IMG/VR virus record: IMGVR_UViG_3300045988_180211
Coordinates: 1-46,960 of that record
Length of the DNA: 46,960 nucleotides
Strand: one strand, 5' to 3'
Source of the DNA: a virus
Every line of letters begins with the position of its first letter. The first letter of the stretch is position 1. The notes beneath the pieces were generated by a model. It worked only from the letters and a program-made list of their open reading frames with translations. It had not been told where the DNA came from and made no database searches. The translations under genes were made by a program, and so were the position numbers. Below, piece by piece: positions 1-7,963 of the stretch.

Positions 1-55
1 GCGCGGAATCCTTCGTAAAGAAGATGCAGAAGGCGTACGCCCCCGGTAAGTCCGA
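1..55 (+). repeat. Terminal direct repeat, copy 1 (identical to 46906-46960); circular-assembly overlap or terminal redundancy
   Basis: gcgcggaatccttcgtaaagaagatgcagaaggcgtacgcccccggtaagtccga is present at both ends of the window. Confidence 0.95.
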
Positions 56-2396
56 GGCCAAGGGCATGCCGATCGAGTACTTTGAGCAGGTGCAGCGCGT
101 GCTCTACACCCTGGGCCTTAACCGATCCGCCCCGGCGTACGACGGCATCCCGGACTACGCCACATTTTTCGAGGCCGAGAAAAATTATGCGGCTTTGCCG
201 GAGCGCCCTGCATTCGTGGGCACGAAGCCTTTTGCCGACATGACGGTGGCTCAGGCGCGTGAAGCCATGCAGTTTGTCGAAGACCTCATCCAGGCGGGCA
301 AGAGCTACTACAAGATGCAGGTCGAATCGATCCGGCTCAACGCAAAGCAGTTGGACGACGCCGTCGCGGGTGAAATTGTGGACGGCTCCGTAGCCCGCGG
401 CGTCAAGACAAAGCGCCTGAACGACGACGACCACACCCCGTGGATGAAACGGCAGATCGAAGGTCTGACGGGCTTCGTCTATGGCCACATTCGATTCCAG
501 ACGCTTTGGAGCATTTTCACCGGCAAGCGCGACAACGCCTTCTCCCGCGCGCTTGGCGCGGCAATTGACGCCGCCCGCGACGCGGAAAACGACATGCAGT
601 TCAAGGCGGCCACAAAGTTCGACGCCGCCATGCGGGAGCTCGAGTCCGCAATCACCGACGACAAGGTGACTTTTTATCCTGAGCTCGGCGGGTCCTTTGA
701 CAAGCGGCAAATTGTCGCCATGGCGCTCAACATCGGCAACGAGGAGAACTTCCAGCGCCTGCTTGACGGCTCCACGAAATACAACGATTTCCGTAACGAG
801 AGCGACCTCAATCGCCCATGGGCGAAGGAGGACGTGCTGTCGGCCATCGGTAAAGCCTTGAGCCGCAAGGAGCTCGAAGCGGTGCAGAAGGTGTGGGATG
901 TTTGCGGGCAGTTCGGGCGTGATCTGCAAGCGCTTGAGGCGGACACCCGCAACCGCCGCATGCTGCTCGTCAAGCCCGCGGCTGTAACGATTTCGCTCGC
1001 AGACGGTGGAACCGTGACCCTCAAAGGCGGGTACTACCCGATCGAATACGACGGTCGGCGTTCCGCGTTCGACCGCAAAGAAGAGGTTGGCGGCGGGGTA
1101 CAGCCAACCCGCAAGAGCACGGCGCACACGATCAACCGCGCGGCCTCCGGTGGGGGGCGCCCCGTGACGCTTTCCATGGGGGCGGGTTACCGCGCGCTGA
1201 ACGAGGCCATCCACGATATCGCGTGGCGTCGGGTGCTGATGGACGTGGAAAAACTTCTCAGAGCCAACACGGCGACGTCAAACGCCATCCTCAAATACCA
1301 CGGGCGCGAAGCGTACGACGAGGCCAAGGGCTGGGTCAAAGACATGTGGGACAACGGTCGAAGCCTCAAGGTTGATGGCTTTCAAACCTTCATGCGCAAA
1401 AACGCCTCCATTGCCGGTCTGGGCTTGAACTTCGTAACGGCTCTGCTTCAGCCCCTTGGCTACACGCAGTCCATCGCTATGGTGGGCGGCAAGTGGTGCG
1501 CCGGTGCCATGGCGACGTACCTGCACAATCCGCGCAAAGCTTCGCGGTTCGTCATGGGCAAATCGAAGCTCATGCAATCCCGCATGCGGACGCGCTTCAA
1601 AGAGCTGCGCGAAGTGCAGGCTCTCTACGACGGCGGTGGCAAAAAGTTCAAAGACATGCTCATTCGCAAGTGCTTCGCGCCGATTGCGTTTAGCCAGGTG
1701 TATACCGTGGACGTCCCAACCTGGATGGCGGCATATGAAAAGGCTCTCGCTGAAGGCAAGCTTGACGGAGAGGCTGTGTCGATTGCCGATCGTGCCTTGG
1801 TGGAGGCGCAAGGCGGCGGTGATCTCTCCGACTTGGCGCGACAGGAACGATCGAGAAACGTGTTCAACGTGTTCTACGGGTTCTTCGGCACGATGCTGAA
1901 TGCGACGGCGATCACGGCGAACACGACAAAGGGCGCCGAACGCGCCATGAAGCTTGCGCTGATTCTCGTTGTCCAGCCCGTTTTGGAATCTTTCCTTCGC
2001 GCGGGGTTGGATCAGACGACAAGCGACGACAACCAAGACTACGGGGAGCGTGTTCTCAGCCGCATCCCCAAAGACCTGGGGAGTTTCTATCTCGGATCGC
2101 TCATGGGGGTGCGTGAGTTTGTTCCCATGCTTGACGCGCTGTCGGGCTCAGCGCAGGGGTACTCCGGTCCAACCGGCATGCGCATGGTGAACGACGCCGT
2201 TCGTTTCACGTTGCAGGTACAACAGGGCGACTTCGACCGGGCGCTTCGTCGGGCGAGCGTCAACTTCATTCTCGGCGACTTGGCGGGGCTGCCCTCGACG
2301 GAAATCAACCGCCTATGGGACGCCGGCGAAGCCATGGCTGACGATGAGTGGGCGGACGCCGTGCTTTACGCTATTGCCGGCAAGAAAGGGAAGTGA
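1..2396 (+). CDS. Giant internal virion/ejection protein, 3-prime part (same ORF as 42801..46960; stop at 2394-2396)
   Basis: The track ORF 24..2396 is in the same frame as 42801.. after subtracting 46,905. Codons 3-23 are also open and identical to the window end, so the ATG at 24 is an internal Met. Confidence 0.85.
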   Translation, partial: AESFVKKMQKAYAPGKSEAKGMPIEYFEQVQRVLYTLGLNRSAPAYDGIPDYATFFEAEKNYAALPERPAFVGTKPFADMTVAQAREAMQFVEDLIQAGKSYYKMQVESIRLNAKQLDDAVAGEIVDGSVARGVKTKRLNDDDHTPWMKRQIEGLTGFVYGHIRFQTLWSIFTGKRDNAFSRALGAAIDAARDAENDMQFKAATKFDAAMRELESAITDDKVTFYPELGGSFDKRQIVAMALNIGNEENFQRLLDGSTKYNDFRNESDLNRPWAKEDVLSAIGKALSRKELEAVQKVWDVCGQFGRDLQALEADTRNRRMLLVKPAAVTISLADGGTVTLKGGYYPIEYDGRRSAFDRKEEVGGGVQPTRKSTAHTINRAASGGGRPVTLSMGAGYRALNEAIHDIAWRRVLMDVEKLLRANTATSNAILKYHGREAYDEAKGWVKDMWDNGRSLKVDGFQTFMRKNASIAGLGLNFVTALLQPLGYTQSIAMVGGKWCAGAMATYLHNPRKASRFVMGKSKLMQSRMRTRFKELREVQALYDGGGKKFKDMLIRKCFAPIAFSQVYTVDVPTWMAAYEKALAEGKLDGEAVSIADRALVEAQGGGDLSDLARQERSRNVFNVFYGFFGTMLNATAITANTTKGAERAMKLALILVVQPVLESFLRAGLDQTTSDDNQDYGERVLSRIPKDLGSFYLGSLMGVREFVPMLDALSGSAQGYSGPTGMRMVNDAVRFTLQVQQGDFDRALRRASVNFILGDLAGLPSTEINRLWDAGEAMADDEWADAVLYAIAGKKGK

Positions 2397-2455
2397 CGAA
2401 TGTGGACTGACGGCGCCCCCAGAATTTCGTGCAAGATCGTTTTTCGGGGCCGCCA

Positions 2456-3463
2456 ATGTCAGTTGAATCCACGGAGCGCCGCGTCCAGTTTGTGGGTGAC
2501 GGCGCGACCGTTTCCTTTCCTTTCTCATTCAAAGTCTTCACGCCGACGGACGTGGCGGTTTTCGCCAGCGGGTCGGCGGGCGAAGAGAAGTTGACGTACG
2601 GCACGGACTTCACCGTGTCCCTCAACGATGATCAGGGCGAAAGCCCCGGCGGCACGGTGACGGTGAAAAACGCCGTCACCACTGGCGCCGTCCTCGCCAT
2701 CACGTCTGAGGTGCCGTACGACCAACCCATGCACGTGACGCCGTACGGGGGCTTCAACCCCGAGACGCTCAACGACAACTCCGACCGCCAGTGCATTCAG
2801 ATCCAGCAGCTATTGGAGAAAGTTGGCCGCGCAATCACAACGGACCCAACCGACACGGTGACGCCCGCGGAGTTGAAACAGAAGCTGCTCGGCGCCGCAA
2901 ACACCGCTACCATCGTCGCAAAAGGCTACGCAGAAGCGGCGGCGGCAAGCGCGGCAGACGCCAAGCAAAGCCGCGACGACATCCTCGACCACAAGCAGGG
3001 GATCGTCGATGCCGTGACCGCCGAAGGCGACAAGCAAAATCAGCGGCTCGTCACCGAAGGCGACACACAGATCGGACGCATCAAAGCGGAAACCGACAAT
3101 ACGCTGATCGCCAACGGCATGGGGTGCGCCGAAAGGTTTTGGACGCTCTCAGCGGATACGCCCGCGGGCACCGACATCACCATCCCTTCTGGAATCAAAT
3201 ACTTGGTGAATCGTCACCACCTTCGCGTCGCGTGGAACGGCCTTGTTCTTGCAATTGGGCAGAACTTCACGGAAGTCGGAGCGCAGGACACGTTCTCCAC
3301 CACGTTCCGTTTGACGTTTGACGCGAAAGCGGGCGACGAGATTGACGTTTGGATTGGAGCCCTCGGCAAGGGCGATGTGGCTGAGGCACTGGCCTTGGCG
3401 GGCGAAGCGTCGGCGGCTGTGGCCGAGCTTTCTCGCAAGGTTGTTTACAAGGAAGAGGTTTAA
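2456..3463 (+). CDS. Tail fibre/tail spike-like protein
   Basis: The N-terminus MSVESTERRVQFVGDGATVSFPFSFKVFTPTDVAVF matches the common phage fibre N-terminal pattern (ytGDG..t.F.fpf). It follows the ejection proteins. The start was trimmed from the GTG at 2429 to the ATG at 2456. Confidence 0.7.
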   Translation: MSVESTERRVQFVGDGATVSFPFSFKVFTPTDVAVFASGSAGEEKLTYGTDFTVSLNDDQGESPGGTVTVKNAVTTGAVLAITSEVPYDQPMHVTPYGGFNPETLNDNSDRQCIQIQQLLEKVGRAITTDPTDTVTPAELKQKLLGAANTATIVAKGYAEAAAASAADAKQSRDDILDHKQGIVDAVTAEGDKQNQRLVTEGDTQIGRIKAETDNTLIANGMGCAERFWTLSADTPAGTDITIPSGIKYLVNRHHLRVAWNGLVLAIGQNFTEVGAQDTFSTTFRLTFDAKAGDEIDVWIGALGKGDVAEALALAGEASAAVAELSRKVVYKEEV

Positions 3464-3466
3464 GAA

Positions 3467-4438
3467 ATGGCTGAAAGTCTCGTAAAGACTCAACTCTACT
3501 CACACGAAGGCAACGCCAACACGCCGCTTGCGCCCAAAACGCTGGCCGACGCGGTGGCGATGAACGACGTTAACGGCGGCGCGTCCACGGTCGAAGCTGA
3601 AATTGTCGCGCTCCGACAGGCGGTTGAGGCCGCCGTCGGCAAGGGTCAGCATTTCCGTGGCGTGGTCAACTCCACGAGCGGCCTGCCGACTGTGAACTAC
3701 AAGGCGGGGTGGCTTTACTCCGTGCAGGAAGCGGGCACCTACGCGGGCAATGTCTGCGAGGTCGGGGACCTCATCATCTGCATCAAAGACTATGCCTCGG
3801 GAAGCGCCGCAAACTCCGACTGGGCGGTGCTTCAGGCGAACCTTGACGGCGCTGTGACCGGTCCTGCTTCAAGCGTCGCGGCGCACGTCGTAATTTTCGA
3901 CGGCACGTCGGGCAAGCGGATTAAGGATTCTGGCTTCACGATCGCCGCAAGTGTGCCCGCCAATGCGAAGTTCACCGACACGACGTACAACGCCGCCACT
4001 GACTCTGCCGATGGCCTTTTGACCGCCGCACTGCACAAGAAGCTGGTAGGCATCGAGACGGGCGCGGATAAGACGGACGCGGACAACGTGAAGGCCGCAG
4101 GCGCTTTCATGACGGCCACGAATACCGCCGACGACATTGCCGACGGCACGAAGAAAGTCGTTATGACCACGGCGGAGCGCACGAAGCTGAGCGGCATTGC
4201 CACTGGTGCGGAAGTCAATCAAAACGCCTTTGCCAAAGTGAAGGTCGGCACGACGACTCTTACCGCGTCCGCAAAGCAGGACACGCTTGAGATCGAAGCG
4301 GGTGAAGGCGTGACCATTACGGCGTCGGGCAAGAAAGTGACGATCAAAGAGACGTATGTCGATTCGTGCGTGGTGACGTCGCTCGACAACGTGCCCGCCA
4401 ATTTGAGAAACGGTGGGCTGGTGATTCTCAAGAGTTGA
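3467..4438 (+). CDS. Tail fibre protein with DGL(L/M)..KL.GIE.GA-type repeats
   Basis: Repeats ADGLLTAALHKKLVGIETGADKT and MTTAERTKLSGIATGAEVNQN are typical phage fibre repeats. The SD GGAAGAGG precedes the ATG. Confidence 0.75.
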   Translation: MAESLVKTQLYSHEGNANTPLAPKTLADAVAMNDVNGGASTVEAEIVALRQAVEAAVGKGQHFRGVVNSTSGLPTVNYKAGWLYSVQEAGTYAGNVCEVGDLIICIKDYASGSAANSDWAVLQANLDGAVTGPASSVAAHVVIFDGTSGKRIKDSGFTIAASVPANAKFTDTTYNAATDSADGLLTAALHKKLVGIETGADKTDADNVKAAGAFMTATNTADDIADGTKKVVMTTAERTKLSGIATGAEVNQNAFAKVKVGTTTLTASAKQDTLEIEAGEGVTITASGKKVTIKETYVDSCVVTSLDNVPANLRNGGLVILKS

Positions 4439-4442
4439 CGCT

Positions 4443-4775
4443 ATGGACTCGCTCTATGTGAAGACCGCCAGCGGCCTTCAGAAGGTTGAGATTGCGGGAA
4501 GCGGGGGAAGCAGAGTCAGCGTCGTTCGTGAACGACAGGTGCTTACGTCCGCAATCCCTGCGGGTACGGCGTATGCAGTGCCCGAGCATGTGGTTGGTGG
4601 GTCTGATCTTGTCGTGGTCTTCAATGGTGTTCTGTGCGTTGAAGGTGCCTCAGAACAGTACACCGACGTAAACACCACGAGTATTCAATTCAATTTCAAT
4701 TTACCCATTGGGTCTGAAATTGACGTGATTCAATTCGACGGAGGCCTCTATGAGCTATCCAAAAATTTATCGTGA
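4443..4775 (+). CDS. Small tail-associated protein (fibre N-domain-like)
   Basis: Sits in the fibre cluster. The pattern VVVFNGVLCVEGASEQYTDVNTTSIQFNFNLPIGSEIDV resembles f.NG..l..g.dYt....i.f...l..gd.v modules. Confidence 0.6.
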   Translation: MDSLYVKTASGLQKVEIAGSGGSRVSVVRERQVLTSAIPAGTAYAVPEHVVGGSDLVVVFNGVLCVEGASEQYTDVNTTSIQFNFNLPIGSEIDVIQFDGGLYELSKNLS

Positions 4776-5376
4776 CCTATTTCAAAACGACGGGGCGGGC
4801 GACAAGCTCAACACTTCGATCCTGCCTGCGGCATCCACGACCGCTGTTGGCGCGGCTCGGATTGCGTCTTCTGCGGAAGCCACTGCGGGCACGGATACGA
4901 CGAAGATCATGACGCCTGCGCTGACGAAGCAGGCGATTGACAAGTTCGCGCCGGTCAAGACCGTGAACGGCGCGGGGCCGGACGAAAGTGGGGACATTCC
5001 TCTCGGACTGCATGCGGTCGCAACCTCTGGCAGCTACCTCGATTTACTGAACAAGCCTTCGATTCCTGCGACGCCGAAAGCCTACGTCACTCAGACATGG
5101 AGCAGTGGCAAAAGTTGGTATCGAGTTTGGTCTGATGGATTTGTCGAGCAAGGCGGATTTGTTAATTCCCCATACGGACAAGTCGTAACAATAACTTTGA
5201 ACAGGCCGCTAAACACTACAAACTACACAATTCTTTTAGGGCCTGTGGGCGGAAGCGAGTCTTCGGTTCGAGTTCAGCCCAGTAATGAAACCAAAACATC
5301 TTTCCAAACCGCGAGATACTACTCAGGCAATGGCAAGGGAAGCGGCTCTCTTTACTGGGAAGCATTGGGGTACTAG
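4750..5376 (+). CDS. Tail fibre protein with low-GC receptor-binding C-terminal module
   Basis: The collar motif TTAVGAARIASSAEATAGTDTTKIMTPALTKQAI is present. The C-terminal WYRVWSDGFVEQGG is a gp53-like C-terminal pattern. SD GGAGG is present. Confidence 0.75.
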   Translation: MSYPKIYRDLFQNDGAGDKLNTSILPAASTTAVGAARIASSAEATAGTDTTKIMTPALTKQAIDKFAPVKTVNGAGPDESGDIPLGLHAVATSGSYLDLLNKPSIPATPKAYVTQTWSSGKSWYRVWSDGFVEQGGFVNSPYGQVVTITLNRPLNTTNYTILLGPVGGSESSVRVQPSNETKTSFQTARYYSGNGKGSGSLYWEALGY

Positions 5377-5385
5377 GAGAAAATT

Positions 5386-5856
5386 ATGGATTTTCAGATA
5401 AATCAGATTTTCGAGGGCGAATATCCCCCCGAGGCATCGATTTGGTGCAACTCTCGCGGCGACTGCTATATCGAAGAAATTGATGCTTCTGAGGACGGCA
5501 CGCGGCGCTTTCAGATCGTTGCTATGCCTGAACCGACTGAAGAGGAAAAAGCGGCCGCTGAGCTTGAAAAAGCTAAGGCCGAACGGTCCGAGGCTGTGGG
5601 AAAGATCACAGTCGAAGTCGACGGCATGGTCTTCGACGGCGACGAAGATGCCCAAACCCGCATGGGCCGCACTGTGGCGGCGGCAACTGCCCTCGGCGTC
5701 GACTTGGACGCCACCTCTCAGACGTGGGTGCTCGCCGACAACTCGGTGGCTCAGCCGACGATTCGACAGCTTGCCAACGCTTTGAAGCTCGCGGGCGAAG
5801 AGCAGACGAAGCTTTGGACGGTTCCTTACGAGGGCAGTACCGATGCGGCATCCTGA
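5386..5856 (+). CDS. DUF4376-like protein (fibre-associated/assembly)
   Basis: VEVDGMVFDGDEDAQTRM...WVLADNSVAQPTIRQLANALKLAG matches the DUF4376 pattern from memory. SD AGGAG is present. It lies immediately after a fibre gene. Confidence 0.6.
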   Translation: MDFQINQIFEGEYPPEASIWCNSRGDCYIEEIDASEDGTRRFQIVAMPEPTEEEKAAAELEKAKAERSEAVGKITVEVDGMVFDGDEDAQTRMGRTVAAATALGVDLDATSQTWVLADNSVAQPTIRQLANALKLAGEEQTKLWTVPYEGSTDAAS

Positions 5857-6085
5857 CGGTTTTCAGTTTTTGGTCGCGCTGGACCAGCTCTTCAACACGC
5901 TGATCCCCAACGGCTACGCCGACGAGACGCTTTCGAGCAGAGCCTATCGGCACGCCTGCATTAAGCAAGACCGCAAGTGGCCGATGTGGATCATCGACCA
6001 CCTTTTCTTCTGGCAATCCGGCCATTGCAAGTCGGCTTACGAGAGCGAAGTTGAGCGCTCTCAGCTGCCGCCGAGCTTGCGGTAG
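5843..6085 (+). CDS. Hypothetical small protein at the end of the fibre cluster
   Basis: 80-aa ORF that overlaps the upstream gene by 14 nt. Codon usage looks coding-like. Confidence 0.5.
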   Translation: MRHPDGFQFLVALDQLFNTLIPNGYADETLSSRAYRHACIKQDRKWPMWIIDHLFFWQSGHCKSAYESEVERSQLPPSLR

Positions 6086-6198
6086 CCCGCACAAACGCGC
6101 CCTTAAAATCCTATCGGTGGGGAATCCGCCAGCTCTTCTTGTGGTAGGAAACGGTATTAAAATCAGATACGTTGCAAATACAGCCACAGGAGGACGGC

Positions 6199-6549
6199 AT
6201 GAAAAACACAACACTTGTGTCTGCCGTCTACCGCGTGATTGTCAGCTTCCGCGGTAGACGGTTTAGCGTTTGCGTGCGCCGTTGCATCGTAAACGGAGAA
6301 GTCAACACCACCGCCGATGTTGAAGAGGTTGACCCCGCCGGTAAAGCGCAGGGCAGTTCCCTCAGCATCTCCATCGGTACCGAGCCCCTTGCGTGTCGGG
6401 ACGAAAAAAGCGCAGGTGCATTAAAGCGCGTGCTTCGCGCCATTGCCTTGCACGCCGTTAAGGGGTTTTACTTTGACCGCCACATGGAGGGCGAACAGAC
6501 AGCCCGGTGGGCGCAATCGGCGGATGAGCTGGCGCAGGTGATGCGCTAG
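6199..6549 (+). CDS. Hypothetical protein (last plus-strand gene before the convergence point)
   Basis: ATG at 6199 is preceded by AGGAGGA. The track start at 6172 is a TTG without an SD. Confidence 0.5.
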   Translation: MKNTTLVSAVYRVIVSFRGRRFSVCVRRCIVNGEVNTTADVEEVDPAGKAQGSSLSISIGTEPLACRDEKSAGALKRVLRAIALHAVKGFYFDRHMEGEQTARWAQSADELAQVMR

Positions 6550-6554
6550 CGTTT

Positions 6555-6577
6555 GGGGCGCGGTAGAGCCGCGCCCC
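6555..6577. terminator. GC-rich stem-loop between convergent genes (possible bidirectional terminator, no clear U-tract)
   Basis: ggggcgcgg-tagag-ccgcgcccc forms a perfect 9-bp stem. Confidence 0.5.
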
Positions 6578-6582
6578 TCAGC

Positions 6583-6777
6583 TCATTCTTCTTTGAGGCA
6601 CTGCTTCGCATACCAAATTGCTTTCCAGCAATCTTTCACAGTGCATACGTCCTCGTGCGACAAAAAGCGCGCATCCTTCGCCTCGTCGAGCACCTTGTCG
6701 ATTTTCTCAAGCATAGCGTGGATGGTTTCCTCCGCGCGCACGCGTCCAAGTTCCTTCTGATCCATTTCAGTCCCCAT
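6583..6777 (-). CDS. Hypothetical 60-64 aa protein (last gene of the com-like cassette)
   Basis: Co-oriented with and abutting the upstream gene. The alternative ATG at 6765 has a better SD (GGGGA). Confidence 0.5.
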   Translation of the reverse strand: MGTEMDQKELGRVRAEETIHAMLEKIDKVLDEAKDARFLSHEDVCTVKDCWKAIWYAKQCLKEE

Positions 6778-7102
6778 GTTTCTGCATGATGTCTTTGAGC
6801 TTTTCTAGGTCTTCCCGATCAACCCGATAGCCCAGGATGGTCGGAGTGCCTTTCTCCATCGCCTTTACAGCCTCGCCGTAGAGCAGTTCGATGTCGAGCT
6901 TCCCCTCAGCGTCCACGACTCCCAAAGCTTGAAGCGCCGGCAGGTGCTGGGTCACCAGCTCCGGGGCGCGCCTTGCGATGAGACCGCCGATGAACGCCGT
7001 GGCGAAGGGCGCTGCCCCGCCCGCCGCCGAAGCGGCAGGCAGAACAGCCGACGAGAAAAACTCCGCGATGACCGCGGGCAGATTCCCGATCGGCATCTTC
7101 AT
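6767..7102 (-). CDS. Hypothetical 111-aa protein with hydrophobic Ala/Gly-rich N-terminal half
   Basis: SD GGAG lies 7 nt upstream. The start is 2 nt after the upstream stop. The N-terminus reads NLPAVIAEFFSSAVLPAASAAGGAAPFATAFIGGLIA. Confidence 0.6.
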   Translation of the reverse strand: MKMPIGNLPAVIAEFFSSAVLPAASAAGGAAPFATAFIGGLIARRAPELVTQHLPALQALGVVDAEGKLDIELLYGEAVKAMEKGTPTILGYRVDREDLEKLKDIMQKHGD

Positions 7103-7104
7103 GG

Positions 7105-7728
7105 CTAGCTCCGCTGAACCTTGACCGTGCCGCTAATCGGCTGAGTAGCAGGCGCGGTATCAGTCGCCGTCGGAGCCGTCCACGAGTTGTACCGCGGCAT
7201 GACGGGCGGACAGATGACGGACTGCGGGACGATCGTCTGAGTGATGCCGTTCACCGTGTTCTGCAACGCGGCAATGGCCGCAGAGTTCTGACTGATGCCG
7301 CAGTTGCAGGCCTGCGCAACGGAGTCGATGCGACCGCCCAGTTCACTGCGCACGAGCTTCTCGCGCAGGTCGGCAATCTCAGCGTTCTTGGACACGTTGG
7401 TTTCAAGAACCGCGATGCGCTCACGATTCGCCGCGGCCTCCGCGGATAGCGGGCGAATGAATCCCATCAGCTCGTCACGAAGCACTTTATTTTCAGCGCG
7501 CGAAGCAACGTAGACTTCGGAATCCTTGTTGTCCGAATACTTTTCCGCACGAAGGTTGGCGTTCTCGGCCATCAGTGCATTCAGCTGGTTGCAGTTGCCG
7601 CCACCAAGAATGCCACCGAGAATACCGCCGTTCCCGTTGTTTGCGGAACCGAGGAAACCGAGGGAGCCCAGTACGAGGGCGGGGATGCCTACGCCGTTGG
7701 CGAGGCCTTTTGTGGCAAATTCACCCAT
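7105..7728 (-). CDS. Hypothetical 207-aa protein: Gly-rich hydrophobic N-terminus, coiled-coil middle, Cys/Pro-containing C-terminus
   Basis: The SD AAGGAG lies in the loop and the AUG in the stem of a perfect hairpin. Sequence segments: GIPALVLGSLGFLGSANNGNGGILGGILGGG, then LRAEKYSDNKDSEVY, then CNCGISQNS...IVPQSVICPP. Confidence 0.7.
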   Translation of the reverse strand: MGEFATKGLANGVGIPALVLGSLGFLGSANNGNGGILGGILGGGNCNQLNALMAENANLRAEKYSDNKDSEVYVASRAENKVLRDELMGFIRPLSAEAAANRERIAVLETNVSKNAEIADLREKLVRSELGGRIDSVAQACNCGISQNSAAIAALQNTVNGITQTIVPQSVICPPVMPRYNSWTAPTATDTAPATQPISGTVKVQRS

Positions 7729-7748
7729 AGCAAACTCCTTTTGCTATG
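7726..7748 (-). promoter_or_regulatory. Translational-control hairpin: SD in the loop, start codon of the 207-aa gene in the 3-prime arm, com-like stop codon in the 5-prime arm
   Basis: The mRNA (minus strand) reads CAUAGCAAA-AGGAG-UUUGCUAUG: a perfect 9-bp stem with a 5-nt loop. Confidence 0.7.
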
Positions 7749-7923
7749 GAACTCGAGGTTCTCTGGATTGTGCGCTCGCTTGGCGCTGATAGGTGGGCTC
7801 AGGGGCCCTTGTGACTGCGACCACGGTCTTGCACCGTGGGCATTTGATTACGATTGTCCCGGACGAACCCGGGGCGAAGTCGAAGAGACGGCGCCCGCAA
7901 CGCGGGCAGTTTGCTTTTTCCAT
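7744..7923 (-). CDS. Com-like zinc-ribbon protein (Mu Com family pattern)
   Basis: MEKANCPRCGRRLFDFAPGSSGTIVIKCPRCKTVV compares with Mu Com (C..C.kLLF......I.I.CPRCK). SD GGAGGAAG is present. The start was trimmed from 7977 to 7923. Confidence 0.75.
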   Translation of the reverse strand: MEKANCPRCGRRLFDFAPGSSGTIVIKCPRCKTVVAVTRAPEPTYQRQASAQSREPRVP

Positions 7924-7963
7924 CACACTTCCTCCCCAATGGGCGGAAGAAAAGGTAAACCGC

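Noticed and set aside
24-26. ATG at 24 as the start of a 790-aa gene (as the ORF track implies)
   Set aside because: The frame is open upstream to position 3 and continues from 42801 across the circular junction. Met24 is therefore an internal residue of the 2,166-aa ORF.
2400-2594. 64-aa ORF with a reasonable SD (AAGGGAAG) immediately after the giant gene
   Set aside because: The product is Arg-rich and not protein-like. It overlaps the fibre gene, whose N-terminus (from the ATG at 2456) matches a common fibre pattern. Residual doubt remains about the true fibre start.
2429-6085. A diversity-generating retroelement, as in BPP-1-like phages, near the tail-fibre genes
   Set aside because: No reverse-transcriptase-like ORF exists anywhere in the window. 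I saw no template/variable repeat pair near the fibre 3-prime ends.
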